Source: Camelus ferus (Eukaryota). Taken from it: DNA of 64,000 nucleotides. The translations under genes were made by a program, and so were the position numbers. Of the stretch, positions 39,541-52,127 are shown piece after piece. The notes under the pieces were generated by a model. That model saw only the letters and a list, made by a program, of their open reading frames with translations. It was not told the origin of the DNA and did not search any database. The DNA lies in assembly GCF_009834535.1 (NCBI RefSeq), contig NC_045697.1, forward strand, positions 74,712,001-74,776,000. The letters are read 5' to 3'. Positions within the stretch are counted from its first letter, which is position 1; each line of letters starts with the position of its first letter.

Positions 39541-39752
39541 GAGAGAAAAAGGAGAAAAAGCAGCAATCAGTAGCAGGAAGCGCTGACTCTAAGCCTGTCG
39601 ATGTTTCCCGTCTTGATCTTCGAATTGGTTGTATCATCACGGCCAAAAAACACCCTGATGCAGATTCTTTGTATGTGGAAGAAGTAGATGTTGGGGAAAC
39701 AACCCCAAGAACAGTTGTCAGTGGCCTGGTGAATCATGTTCCTCTTGAACAG
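39541..39752 (+). CDS. AIMP1: AIMP1 exon 5, 212 nt (start of EMAP II OB-fold)
   Basis: Encodes (G)[70 protein letters not shown]; acceptor TTTTTTAG|, donor |GTAATC. Confidence 0.97.
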
Positions 39753-40543
39753 GTAATCTGAACAGCTAAAATTACTTTACATATACATGTCACTTTCATT
39801 CCCTCTTTCTGAATGATTTTTCATATGATTTTGTATCAGATTACCATTCAACATGAGCCAATATTGGTTAATTCAGTTGATTCATTTGAATGTAATGAAT
39901 TCCACCAAAAGTGCATATAACTACCAAAAACTTGTAAACGATGTATAAATTAAGATCAAATTCATGATCATGGAAAGAAGAAAAGATGTATTATTTTTTC
40001 TTAATTTTCAAAAATGTTTTTATATTGGTGTTTTGTATAAAATATAATATGTATTTTTTTCATCTTCATTGTACCATCATGGAATTTTATTATTCCTTGA
40101 TTTTTTAAAACTCCCTGTTACATAAACTCAGACAGCTCCAATCTAAAAGTAAGAGAATGAGTTTTTTTTTTTCTTAATAACTCAAGAAGTATTTTCATAC
40201 CTGAAGAATAAAGAGGAGAGGGAATCATGAAAATCGAACTTGCAGTTTTTAATGGTATTACTTACTCACTAAATGTTGGATGTTTTGTATTTTATTACTT
40301 AAGTATTTAAATGTATATATATGTTTCCAATGACATTGGAAAGAATCAAAGACAGTAGTAGTTTTTAATTTGCTCTTTCTAGACATCTTCTTTAGTAATT
40401 TGAGTCATCTACCTATTTCCTCTGCCTCATGGTGCTTCAAAGATATCACAAAGACCATAGACTTCAGTATTAAGATGGTCTGCCCCTCTGTTCATTGCCA
40501 ACTCTGTTGCTTATTGGCATTGTGAACTTGCGCAAGTTCCTGC

Positions 40544-41240
40544 ATTCATTCATTCATGTTTCTGCATGCAGATATTTATTAAGCACCCACAGTGTACCAG
40601 GAACTATTCTAGGCAAGGGGGACAACAGTGAATTAAAATAGATAGATAAGTAGGTAGATAGATAGATAGATATGTTTAAAAAGAAAAAAAAGCAAGAAAC
40701 CCTGCCTTTATGAAGCTCATATTCCAATTGGGGAGTCAGAAAATTATAATACATACTATGTTACATAACGATAAATACCAGGAGAAAAGTAAAGTAGGGA
40801 AAGAATCTAGGAAGTATTAAGGCTAGGAAGACGTTGTCTATATAAAGTGGCCAAGGAGTGCCAAAGAAAGTGATATTTAAGTAAAGGTCTAAGAAAATGA
40901 AGAAAACAAGTTATTCTGTCTGGTGGGAGAGCATTTTCAGGCAGCCCTGAGTCAGATGTATGCCTGGGATGTTTGAAGAACAGCAGGAGGCCAGTGTCAC
41001 TGTAGCAGAGTAAGCAAGGGGAAATGCCATGGGAGATGAAATCAGAGATGAGGGTGCCAAATGATAAAAGGTTCTTACAGATCATTGTAGAGACTTAGGC
41101 TTTTATGCTGAGTGAGATGAAAGCCATTGGAGGATTTTTGAGCTAAGGAGTAACATGATCTGTCTCACATACTAATAGTATCATCTGGTTGCTTTGCTGA
41201 GGGGAGAAAGATGGAATTAAGGAGATCAGTGAAGAAATTT
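40544..41240 (-). mobile_element. L2 3' fragment
   Basis: (CATT)n tail, ATATTTATTAAGCACCCACAGTGTACCAGG, AGGAGGCCAGTGT and AAGCCATTGGAGGATTTT. Confidence 0.8.
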
Positions 41241-42627
41241 CTCTTATCTCTAAAAAAAAGATAAACTTGGCACATGTTTTGTTTTTTTCTTGTTAACATT
41301 CATTTTGTACAGGACCAGGGCTCCTTCATAAGTACTTATGAAGTTAGATTCATAAGGAGCCTTGGAGAAAAGAACCAACTGATCTTGAGCCAGCTCAAAA
41401 TTGGAAAAACTCTTCCTCAATGGGACTTCATCTTTGTTCTTATAAGTTGCAGACTATTTCTTCTCTTCCTAAAGCTGCCACTCGCAGCCACAAGCAAAGT
41501 TATTTATATACACATCTGTATCTAACCCATCAAGTCAGTACTAGTAAGCATTCTATAAAGTAACAGCACTTAGCCCCAAAATTGCATACCAGATTTTCTA
41601 CATTTGTCTATTTTTCTGAGATAAATATCCCCAGCTATCATCTAATTCTTAACAGAGTGCATATAGCTAACGCTGTTGTTTTTCTTATACATATTTGCTA
41701 TGGTTTTTTTTTTAAAGTTCTCATTTATGTGACATTACAGTTATTTGTTTGAAGAAGAGTCTTATTCATGAAGACCTCCAAAAAGAGGGCTTTTTACATT
41801 CAATTCTTAGGCTTATATTTTTTAATCATAGAATTAGGAGGTAAATTTACACATAACATTTATTTGTAAAATTTTTTTATCCAGAATTCTCACCCACTCT
41901 CCTGCCCCATAGTGATAGTGCTCTCATATGTTCTTTTATTTTAAACCTGTTGAAAGAATTTAAACAACTGTGTTTCTTATTTTTGTGTGTTGGGGAAAAA
42001 ATTAAGAGACTTCAACTTTTGAAGTTTAAAGAAATTTGTTTATTTCTATAATAAATTGTAGAAATAGCCCTAAGTTTAATTGTGGTGTGCATACTGCTTG
42101 AATTGTTAAGTGAACAGTATTTTTTAAATTAGGAAATGAATCTTGCATAGTTTTGAAAATGACAAACATGTAGGAGAAAATGATTATGCATTTGTTTAGT
42201 GCTAATGCTAATCTAAGTGTTTACATACATGTTATGATTTAATCCTTGTGACAAATATTTAATATCATTTGCTTCATCGACTTTATACAGGGAGATCAAC
42301 TTTATTCAGTCTCATTGCTAGTACATGGTAGCTATTCAAAACCAAATCTGTTTTACTCAATCATTTATTTGTTCATTCAATAAATACTTAAGTGAAAGGC
42401 CTTACCTTTGCTCTTTGACTTATAATGTATTGGCAGCTTGTAGAATTTTTTTTCATGTTGATATAAAACTTAACAACATAAAAGATTTGGGACACAAATA
42501 AAAATAAAAACAGCCACAAAAATAGAACATTTGCTATTTAGCATATAGATGTACTTTAATGTATTCTATGATTATGATTATTCTAAAGCTCTATACGTCT
42601 TTAATCATCAGTTTGTATTTCACACAG

Positions 42628-42796
42628 ATGCAAAATCGGATGGTGATTTTACTTTGTAACCTGAAACCTGCAAAGATGAGGGGAGTAGTATCCCAAGCAA
42701 TGGTGATGTGTGCTAGCTCACCAGAGAAAGTTGAAATCTTGGCACCTCCCGATGGGTCTGTTCCTGGAGACAGAGTTACTTTTGATGCTTTCCCTG
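42628..42796 (+). CDS. AIMP1: AIMP1 exon 6, 169 nt
   Basis: CACACAG|ATG, encoding [56 protein letters not shown]; donor G|GTAAGT. Confidence 0.97.
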
Positions 42797-45754
42797 GTAA
42801 GTATTTATTAGTCCTTATTTAAAATAGTTTGGAAATTATTGTTCTCAAAGCTGTGCTTGGAATGTTTAAATTTAAAATCAGTCCTGTGTATGACTTACAA
42901 GTCTTTAACTTTAAATGACTATTATTACTGATATTGTTATCAAGTTTATTGAGATTGACTCAAGTTGGCACACTGAGTACAACCATCTAATCACCCTCTT
43001 CCCGTGAACACTCAGTTTACAGAAAACACCGAAGAGATTTTACCCTAGGTGAAGTACTAATTTTGATACCTACATAGCAGAAGAGGGTAATGTGGATAGA
43101 GAACAAATTAATGTGTTGCAAAATCATTTAAGCTGTGCATTGTCTCAGAATGCAATACAGAAAAATGAAGAGATAAAAAGGTCAGACAGGAAGGGAAAAA
43201 TGTATAATTTTCTAAGTCTGTCTAATAATATACTTGCATATGCTTTTACCAGACTTGAGGGTATAGAGAAAAATCTCTTCAGTCAAAATTTATACTTATT
43301 TTTATAACCTAAAAGGAAGTTTCATTTCATATTGCTTATTCTCTCCAATAAAATGCTTCTGAGACAGATGAAGCTCCATAATGTGTGAGAAACTTTCTTC
43401 AAATAAGTCTTTGAAGCAGAAGAGAAAGGATGCTTGGCAGATGTAGAAAAATATTTCTTTCTTAAAAGAGGGAAGATCTCGTAAGAGGAAAAAGAGTTAG
43501 AAATTAAAAGACTGCATTTACAGAAGCTGTTCATTTGACTTGAGTAAGGGAAAGCAGAAATAAATTAGGATAACGAGTAGAATTAGGTTTAAAAGTCAGA
43601 ATTGATTTGGAGACATATTTGTAGAAATAGCAGAGTTTTAATGGAATAGCAAGGCTGATGTGATTGTATAGTCCTATTTTTTTTAATCCTGTGTTAACTG
43701 TGTTTGATGAAATACTAGGATATGAAGAATTTTAACATTGGAATAATAAGATTAAAAAAATGGATAAAAGCATGAGTTAACTTCCTTGAAAGTCAGCTCT
43801 CCACTCCTAATCCAAAGTAGACTAATCTAAAAACTACGGAAGTTATTTAACAAGTATCCGTGATTTTGATTGCATGTGTATGTTTTAAACTTTGTTAGAT
43901 TGGAAATCATAATGGTCTGTGCTCTTAGAACTTTCTCTGGTAAATTAGGTTTGGGGGAAATCCCAGTCTGAATCATTTCTCGAAGCAGCATGATGACTTT
44001 AGGTTCTAGGAGCACATGATTGCCACTCTACTTACCAGGATATCAAAACACTTCCCCAGACTTCATGCTTCTGGATAAGCTGTCATGTGTATATGTGACA
44101 AACCTGAAATTGTTTAGAAGTCTCTCACTAAGTTGGAATGGAATAACAATAATAACCAACTTTTTTCTTTTAGGATTCATCATATATTGAGGGAAAAAAA
44201 CCCCAAATCTTGGTTTACCTTTTCAGATTAACATTTGCCTTCCTTTTTACTTAAATACTTATGATTTAGTACATTTTAAGTTTTATTTTTGATATAAATT
44301 GTAGATGTTTAGAACTGGAAGAGATCATCTACTTTAACCCACTATTTTACAAATTTGGAAACTGAGACCCATCAAAACTTAGTTACTTGCTTAAGGCTAT
44401 TTAGAGTTTGTAGAAGGATCAGTAGATGTGCCTGAACCTCTAATACTGTTAGCATTTTTGTTTGTTGATTGTTGCTTACTATGAATTCATATGGACTATT
44501 TCGTTAGAGAAGGCTTATAGTTCTTTTTTTTCTATAACAACTTTCATTCCCTTGTCTTATAGAATTAATGGATTAATATTTCAACCCTTGAATCAGTTGT
44601 TATTATTTGAATGTTATTATTAAGTCTATTGACAGTTGTTGTTGTTTTTAGTTACTCGGTGACTAAATTAGAGATGCTAATAACCCAGTATGGGTTTCTT
44701 GCTTTTGCTATATTTTTTAATCTTTCAATCTGTTTGGCTATTTGTGTGTTTTTATTTACATTGTTCCAAAGTGTGATATTTCTTCCATATTTATAGTTTC
44801 TCCTTGTGTCTTAGCATATGAATATATAGATCATGTACAAAAAATATTTGTAAAATGAAAGAAAGGAAAACCTAATGTTAAAGGGGCCCATAAGGTTGTT
44901 TGAATTATTTTCTTATAAATTATAATATGCTTAACCAAGCTGAACAGCATCAAATAATTGATACATTTAGAGACATGTGGTCTGTTAATACTCATCTTGC
45001 TTACGCTTCCATATCAGTTACTGCTTCTGTAGCAGTAAATCTGAAAGGAAATAACAGTTAATACTATGTATGCAACAGACCATTAGTCTTAATTCTTTCT
45101 TCTTCCTTTTCCCAGAGAGAGCCATGATTTATCAGTGCTTTATTTTTCACCATATGTTTTACATTTTAAAGCTTAAGGTGTCTGCTGGTACATTTTGATG
45201 TGAAGTTAGATGTACTCAGTGTCTAGAGATTTATATTTCATGTTGTATATATTAAGTATGGTATAGAAACTGCAGTTGGGGCTCAAACCTTTGAATTGCT
45301 ATTTGGCTTTGAATAGGCTTTTACACTTAACAGCTGTTTTCTCCAACTACAAAACCAAAAATTTCCATTGGGTTTAGAAGATGCCAAGTAATATTTTTAT
45401 AACACTGGCTAAAAACCTCTTCACTACTTTTTTTTTAATCTTAAATGTGTGAAGCCATAAATTTTAGTATTTAAATATGGTAACTGGTCCCTAAAGCATC
45501 AAGCAAAAATAACTTGAAAATAGTATTATAGCTAGGAGACAAAGGCTATGACACCCCCCCTTTTTTTTTTGAGAATGCACTATTTTTGGTCTAATGATAA
45601 ATGAGAATTTACATTCAAATTTTAACTTCTAAGATCATGCTTATTTCTATTGATATTGAGTATTATTAATAAATATATGTTAATGTTGAATCACAAAGCA
45701 TGTATGATATGCAAGAGTCTTTAACTTTTGGACCTATTTGTTCTTTAAAAATAA

Positions 45755-46929
45755 TTTTTTTATTGAGTGGTATGAGTTCTTTATATATGTTAGATATATA
45801 TCCAAATATTATCTCTCATTCAGTTGATTGCCTTTTAGTTTTCTTGGTGGCTTTACTTCACTGTGCAAAAACTTTTTAGTCTGATGTAGTCCCATTTGTT
45901 TATTTTTTCTATTGTTGCATTTGCCTGAGGAGACATATTTAACAAAATATTAAGACTGATATCAAAGAGGTTACTGCCTGTGTTTTCTTCCAGGAGTTTT
46001 ATGGTTTCAGGACTTACATTTAAGTCTTTAATCCACTTTGAGTTTATTTTTGTATATGGTGTAAGAAAGGAGTCCAGTTTGATTCTTTTGTATGTAGCTG
46101 TCTAGTTTTCCTAACACCATTTATGGAAGAGACCGTCTTTCCCCCATTGTGTATTCTTGCCTCCTTCGTCACAGATTAATTGTTGATTTGAGCACGGGCT
46201 CTCTTCTGTTCCATTTATCTTTGTGTCTGTTTTTGTGGCAGTATACTGTTAAGATTACTACAGCTTTGTAGTATAATTTCAAGTTTGGTATAGTTTCAAA
46301 TATGACACCTCCAGCCTTGTTTTTCTTTCTTAAGATTGCTTTGGCTATTTAAGGTCTTTTGTGTTTCCATACACATTGTAGGATTATTTGTTCTAGTTCT
46401 AAGAAAAATGCCATGCAAATTTTGGTAGAGATTGCATTGAATCTGGAGATTGCTTTGGATAGTATGGACATCTTAGCGATACTGATTCTTCCAGTCCATG
46501 AACACAATGTATCTTTCCATTTATTTGTGTCATCTTCCGTTTCTTTCCTCAGTGTCTTACAGTTTTCAGAGTACAGGTCTTCCAACTCCTCAGTTAAATT
46601 TATTCCTAGGTATTTTTTGAGTCAGTTGTAAATGTGGTGAGGATGTGGAGAAAAGGGAACCCTCGTGCACTGTTGGAGGGAATGTAAATTGGTGCAGCCT
46701 CTGTGGAAAACAGTATGGAGATTCCTCAAAAACCTAAAAGTAGAATTACCATATGACCCAGAAATTTCACTTCTAGGTATTTATCTGAAGGAAACAAAAA
46801 CTAACTTGGAAAGATATACGCACCCCTACGTTCATTGCAGCATTGTTTATGATAGCCAAGATATGGAAGCAACCTAAGTGTTCATCGATAGATGAATAGA
46901 TAAAAAAGATGTGGGAAATATATATGTAT

Positions 46930-46974
<45 letters not shown>

Positions 46975-47426
46975 GTAATATCACTGAACCATTAAAAGAA
47001 TGAAATCTTACCATTTGTAGCAATACGGATGGACCTTGAGTGTATTATGCTTAGTAAAATAAGTCAGATAAAGACAAATCCCATATGATTTTACGTATAT
47101 GTGGAATCTAAAAAGCAAAACAAACAAATAAAACAGAAAATTGTAGATACAGAGAACAAACTGATAGTTACTAGAGGGGAAAGAGGCTGGAGGATGGACA
47201 AAATAGGTGAAGGCAATGAAGAGGTACAAACTTACAGCTATAAAATAAGTAAGTCACAGGGATATAATGTATATGTAGGGAATATAATCAATATTGTAAC
47301 AACTTTGTATGGTGACAGATAGTAATTGATCTTCTCCCAGTTTTCATTTAATAATGTATAAAAATATCTAATTACTATGTTGTATACCTGAAACTAATAA
47401 AATGTTTTTTAAAATTAAAAAAAAAA
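45755..47426. mobile_element. L1 with inverted 5' segment
   Basis: Minus-strand ORF2 at about 45755-46632 (ORF 46349-46585) abuts the plus-strand ORF2 end and 3' UTR at about 46633-47426 (ORF 46665-46877), ending in an A-rich tail. Confidence 0.88.
46932..46972 (+). repeat. (AC)20 microsatellite
   Basis: Perfect dinucleotide run inside the L1. Confidence 0.95.
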
Positions 47427-49184
47427 CCCAAAAAACCTGTTTGTATTTGATTCTTTTCTGTAAAACCCATTTTGATGAGGTTTCTCTGTCCACTGTTCCA
47501 CCAGAACTGCTCTTGTCAAGGTCACCAGTTACTCCCTGTAGCTAAATCCATGGCTAGTTCTCAGTCCTTAATTAATTTTAACTTGGCTTCTGACACCACA
47601 CCTGCGTGGTGGTCCTCATGCTTCACTGGCTGCTCTGCTCGTCTCCTTTGCTGATTCTTCTTACCTCCCTGACCTCTTAGTTAGAGTGCCTCTGACCTTG
47701 GCCCTTGACCCTTGACCCTTGACCTTTTCTCTTTTTCCATGCTTGACCTCTTCTCTTTTTTTTTCCATGTTCATTCCCTTGGCTATATTATTCAGTCACT
47801 TATACCTACTAGTCTTCACTAACATTTCCCAAGGGAGAAAATGCATCTCCCAATCTTCTACCTAGATTTCCTTTTTCCCATAGTATTTCCCATCTCATCC
47901 CTCAGGCACTACACTCTTCCAGTTGCTTAACTGCTTTTTTTCTGAACATGTCTAGAATTATATTCCAGAAAAATGTCAGACATAGAGTAGGAGGTCAATA
48001 AATTGGTTAATGAAGGAAACATGCTAGTAAAACATGTACAAAACACACCAAAAAAAACCCCACCAGTGTTTGGAGAACAGACCTGAGTATCTGCCTTCAT
48101 GGTTGCCAAGATCATTCCTGTCAAAAACTATTTTTCTCTATTAATTAGTTTTGTAAAAGTGATTGACCCCTATTTGCAAAGTTATACTTTAGTGTTTGTA
48201 CCACACAAGGTGATAGTTACAATTATTATAATTCAAAAGCTCAGTTAATGAAAACATAAAGTAATTAAGTTAGTGCTAAGCTTTTTATGGCCTTGGCAGA
48301 TATCAGAGAAGCTGATGATCAGTGAGCATTTTGTACAATAGAATGGCCTAATTAAAATGAAATTTTTGGCTTCTGTTCCAGACTTGTGAAAGCCTGGATC
48401 TCTGGAATTCATATTTACTACTATTTGTAGATTTTAAATGCTGAGGTGGTAGTCACAGCTTTTTACATCTGTACAGATTTTTTTTAATTAGTTCCTATTA
48501 TCTATGTGTTTTATTTAGAATGAGTAGTCCTAAAATAATCTCTGAAAGATGAGTTCTCTTGCAATATGTGTGTTTCCAAATGATGATTATTGGTATGTGT
48601 TTAGCAATTACAGAGGCTCTACAGTTTTTAGCTTTAAACTTTTATTGATATCATCACTTACCTTCTTTGGATAGCCATAACAAAAAAAAAAAAAAAAGAA
48701 AGAAAAGAAAATTAGGAAAATAAGATTTATAAGAAGGATATAACACAGGAATGATGAAAGATTTCTCTGGAAAATAGAGTTCATTTTTTTTTAAATGTTT
48801 AAAATACTAGGTAAACTTTTCATGGGAGGTGATTTAAACTTTCGTTTCAGACTGACTTTATACCCTACCAAACATTGTGTTACTGAGAAATGTTTTGAGT
48901 AAGCCAGAGGCTAGCACTGTATTCAAGACTTCAGCTCTGATTTATATTTGGTGATCATAATGTGATGGGTTTTAATGCAATCTCAAATTTTTAGTTGTGT
49001 GAATCAGTTTTATTTACTGATTTGCTAAAGCCTTCCAGCCACATTCAAGGTGTTCAGGTATTGAGCCTTATGTGTTCAAAACAAAAGTCGGGATTTGGAG
49101 GTTCCTCTCATTAACTTCTAGTTCATTTTTAGTTCAAATCTTTGTTTCTGGAAAATTATGAGAGTCTTGTGTAAGAACTTTAAA

Positions 49185-49515
49185 ACCTTCAGATCTTAGC
49201 TCCACCAGCATTGGGTGACCTAGGAACCTTTCTGAGCCTCAGCTTTTGCATCTATAAGAAGGGATTTTTAATGGTATTTGTTTCTTGTGAGTTTTGTGAG
49301 GTTTAATTTTTTAAACACTTAGCGACCTTCCTGGTATTTTAAATTCTTAGCTGCAGCTCTTGTGCCTCTATTTCCTCACTTGTAAAATGGGGGTAATTAA
49401 TAGCATTTAATACACTGAGGGGATTAAATGAGTCAATACACATAAAGCACATAATGCAGTGACTGGCACATAGTAAGCACTATGTAAGTGGAAGTGTTAC
49501 GTATTATTGTTATGA
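49185..49515 (+). mobile_element. Two adjacent MIR fragments
   Basis: GGGTGACCTAGG...TCTGAGCCTCAG and TTTCCTCACTTGTAAAATGGGG...TGGCACATAGTAAGCACT. Confidence 0.7.
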
Positions 49516-51194
49516 ATATTGCTTTCTATACAATGTTAATATCTTCCTGGATCTGATAAGCTTAATTTTGTGCTGCACTGCTCAGAGCATATGTCTGCAG
49601 TCAGCAGAAATTTACCCACACGACTTATGGTCTTGATTAGAAGCTTTTACACAAACCTGGGGATGATCTACTTGAATTCATTATCGGTTTGTCAACATCT
49701 TTTGGGGGATATAGGGAGTGGGAATTCAAAGTTAGTACTCAGGACCTCTGAACAATGTGTCTGCCTTCAGCTTTTCAGAATTCTAGAATGTTCACTTCCC
49801 CACATGATCTGTGCACAAAGTAGGATTATGCTCTTAGAGTAAGCAACAGTTGAAAAACAAAAAATAAAATCTTATACTTTATATACTGAAATTTTTTTCT
49901 ATTCTTTTATTAATTAGTTTTTCTGTTGCCCAGTCAAATCATCAAATGATCTTAAAAGGGGTAAGAAAAATCCTCATTTTTTATACTAGTCAGGCTTAGT
50001 TTTGGTTTCATTGCCTGTTCTACTGTAGATACATTATTCAATCAACTGTTCCATCATCTCTGAAAACCTATGTTTCAGAGGATAGTTTTGTATATTCTTG
50101 CAGTTTTGTGGCAGTTTCTGAGAGCTAATAAAATGATCTAGAAAGTTATATTTCTATTATTACTGAATAGATATTCAGTAATATTTATTAATAGTTATTA
50201 CCTCCAGGAAAATCGTTTTCCATTTGAAGCTAACACTTAAGAGATTCATTACTTTTCTTCATTGTTTTTGAAGTTGATTCTTCATTCCAAATATTACTGG
50301 ACTTCTCCAGCTACTAAAATGATGTTATATTAAACTTTACTCTCTACTTCCTCATCATTCATTAAGTAGAGAGATTGCTTGGTAAATTGGTAGTCTTTAA
50401 GCGTAGACCACATTTATTCTACAATGTATTTACTTTTATTGATTGTAAACTTAATAATGTGAGCTACCATAAAGAGAGGAGATAAGATAGTATCCACATG
50501 TAAGAGTGTTGTTTCTTTTCTAAAGCATAGTCTATTAGGGGGCAAGTTTTTGGTATCAAATCTGACTCTGCTTATTGATTGTGTGGCTGAGCAGCTTATC
50601 TTCTCTAAGCCTCAGTTTCTTTATATTTAAAATTGCATGCAACAACATATATTCCTGGTGGCTAGAAAATATTAGTCCTTGTCTCCTTACTCTTTACTCT
50701 CCCTTTCTCTGTCCATCTCACCACATGGAATGGACTGCAGATGAAACCCAGAGTAGTTATTATATTTAGCTCGATGACTCCAATATTTAAGCCAGTATTG
50801 GTAAGAAATCTTTATATACTATAGCAGCAATCTAGTCATTGATTTTGTATGTTGAGACATACAGTAAGGCATAAGCTGTTTCTGCCACGTGTAAAAATAT
50901 AACACATCAAATTTATGGTCTCATCTTTGTACAATCTTTATGTGTAGTGATAAAATGAGTATGTTATGTTTTCATTCTAATCATTTGAGGAATAAATTTA
51001 CTGAGCTATATAACTGGCAGAACTATTTACAATAAGAGTTAAAATAATATCTTTAATATTTGTAAGGAAATAACAAAATATTTTACCAAACAATAATATA
51101 AACTGCTGACATCATAAAAATAAAAGAAGTGTTAAAGGTCTGAAGATCAGAAATTGCATCCAACCCAATTCACTGGAAATCTTTGTGGGCATTC

Positions 51195-51860
51195 TTTCTT
51201 AAATTGAAGTAGAGTTAATTTACAATATTGTGTTAGTTTCAGATGTACAGCAAAGTGATTCAGTTATATATGTATATGTACATGTATATGTATTTTTTTA
51301 TATAGTTCCCTATGCTGTACAGTATTAACTTATTTATCTATTTTATATATATATATATAATATATATATATATACACACACAATAGTGTGTATCTGTTAA
51401 TCCCATACTCCTAATTTATTCCTCTCCCCTTTGATAACCATAAGTTTATATTCTATGTTTGTGAATATGTTTCTGTGTTGTTAATAAATTAATTTGTATT
51501 TTTTTTAGATACCACATATAAGTGATACCATAAATTAGTCTTTCTCTGTCTCAGTGACTTCACTTAGGATGATAATTTTGATAATTTCTAGGTCCATTTG
51601 CAATATTTCATTCTTTTTCATGGCTGAGTAATATTCCATTGTATATATACCCCACATCTTTATCCATTCATCTATTAATGGACACTTACGTTGCTTACAT
51701 AGCTTGGCTATTGTAAATAGTGCTTATATGAAGTTTAGGGTGCATGTATCTTTGATTTAGAGTTTTCGTCTTTTCTGGATATATGCCTGGGAGTGGGATT
51801 GCTGGATCACATGGTAGTTCTTTATTTAGTTTGTAAGAAAACTCCATACTGTTTTTCTAT
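51195..51860 (-). mobile_element. L1 3' fragment, antisense to AIMP1
   Basis: ATTGAAGTAGAGTTAATTTACAATATTGTGTTAGTTTCAG...GAGTGGGATTGCTGGATCACATGGTAGTTC. Confidence 0.88.
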
Positions 51861-51910
51861 GGACAATTTATTTGATACATTAGCTACGTAATTTTTTTTC
51901 TCCCGAACAG

Positions 51911-52077
51911 GAGAGCCTGACAAGGAGCTGAATCCTAAGAAGAAGATTTGGGAGCAGATCCAGCCTGATCTTTACACTAATGAGGAGTGTGTGGCTACAT
52001 ACAAAGGAGCTCCCTTTGAGGTGAAAGGGAAGGGAGTTTGTAGGGCTCAAACTATGGCCAACAGTGGAATAAAATAA
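51911..52077 (+). CDS. AIMP1: AIMP1 exon 7 CDS, 167 nt to TAA
   Basis: GAACAG|GA GAG..., encoding (G)EPDKELNPKKKIWEQIQPDLYTNEECVATYKGAPFEVKGKGVCRAQTMANSGIK*. Coding exons sum to 109+114+168+212+169+167 = 939 nt (312 aa plus stop). Confidence 0.97.
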
Positions 52078-52121
52078 AATAAAATGTTTCAGTTACTGAA
52101 ATACTTTGGGGAAAACTTAAC

Positions 52122-52127
52122 AATAAA
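52122..52127 (+). terminator. Candidate proximal poly(A) signal of AIMP1
   Basis: AATAAA 45 nt after the stop with T-rich sequence downstream. Further hexamers at 52759 and 52796. Confidence 0.6.

Noticed and set aside
47694..47726. (CCTTGAC)n repeat resembling nuclear-receptor half sites
   Set aside because: A short expansion inside L2-like sequence with no supporting evidence.
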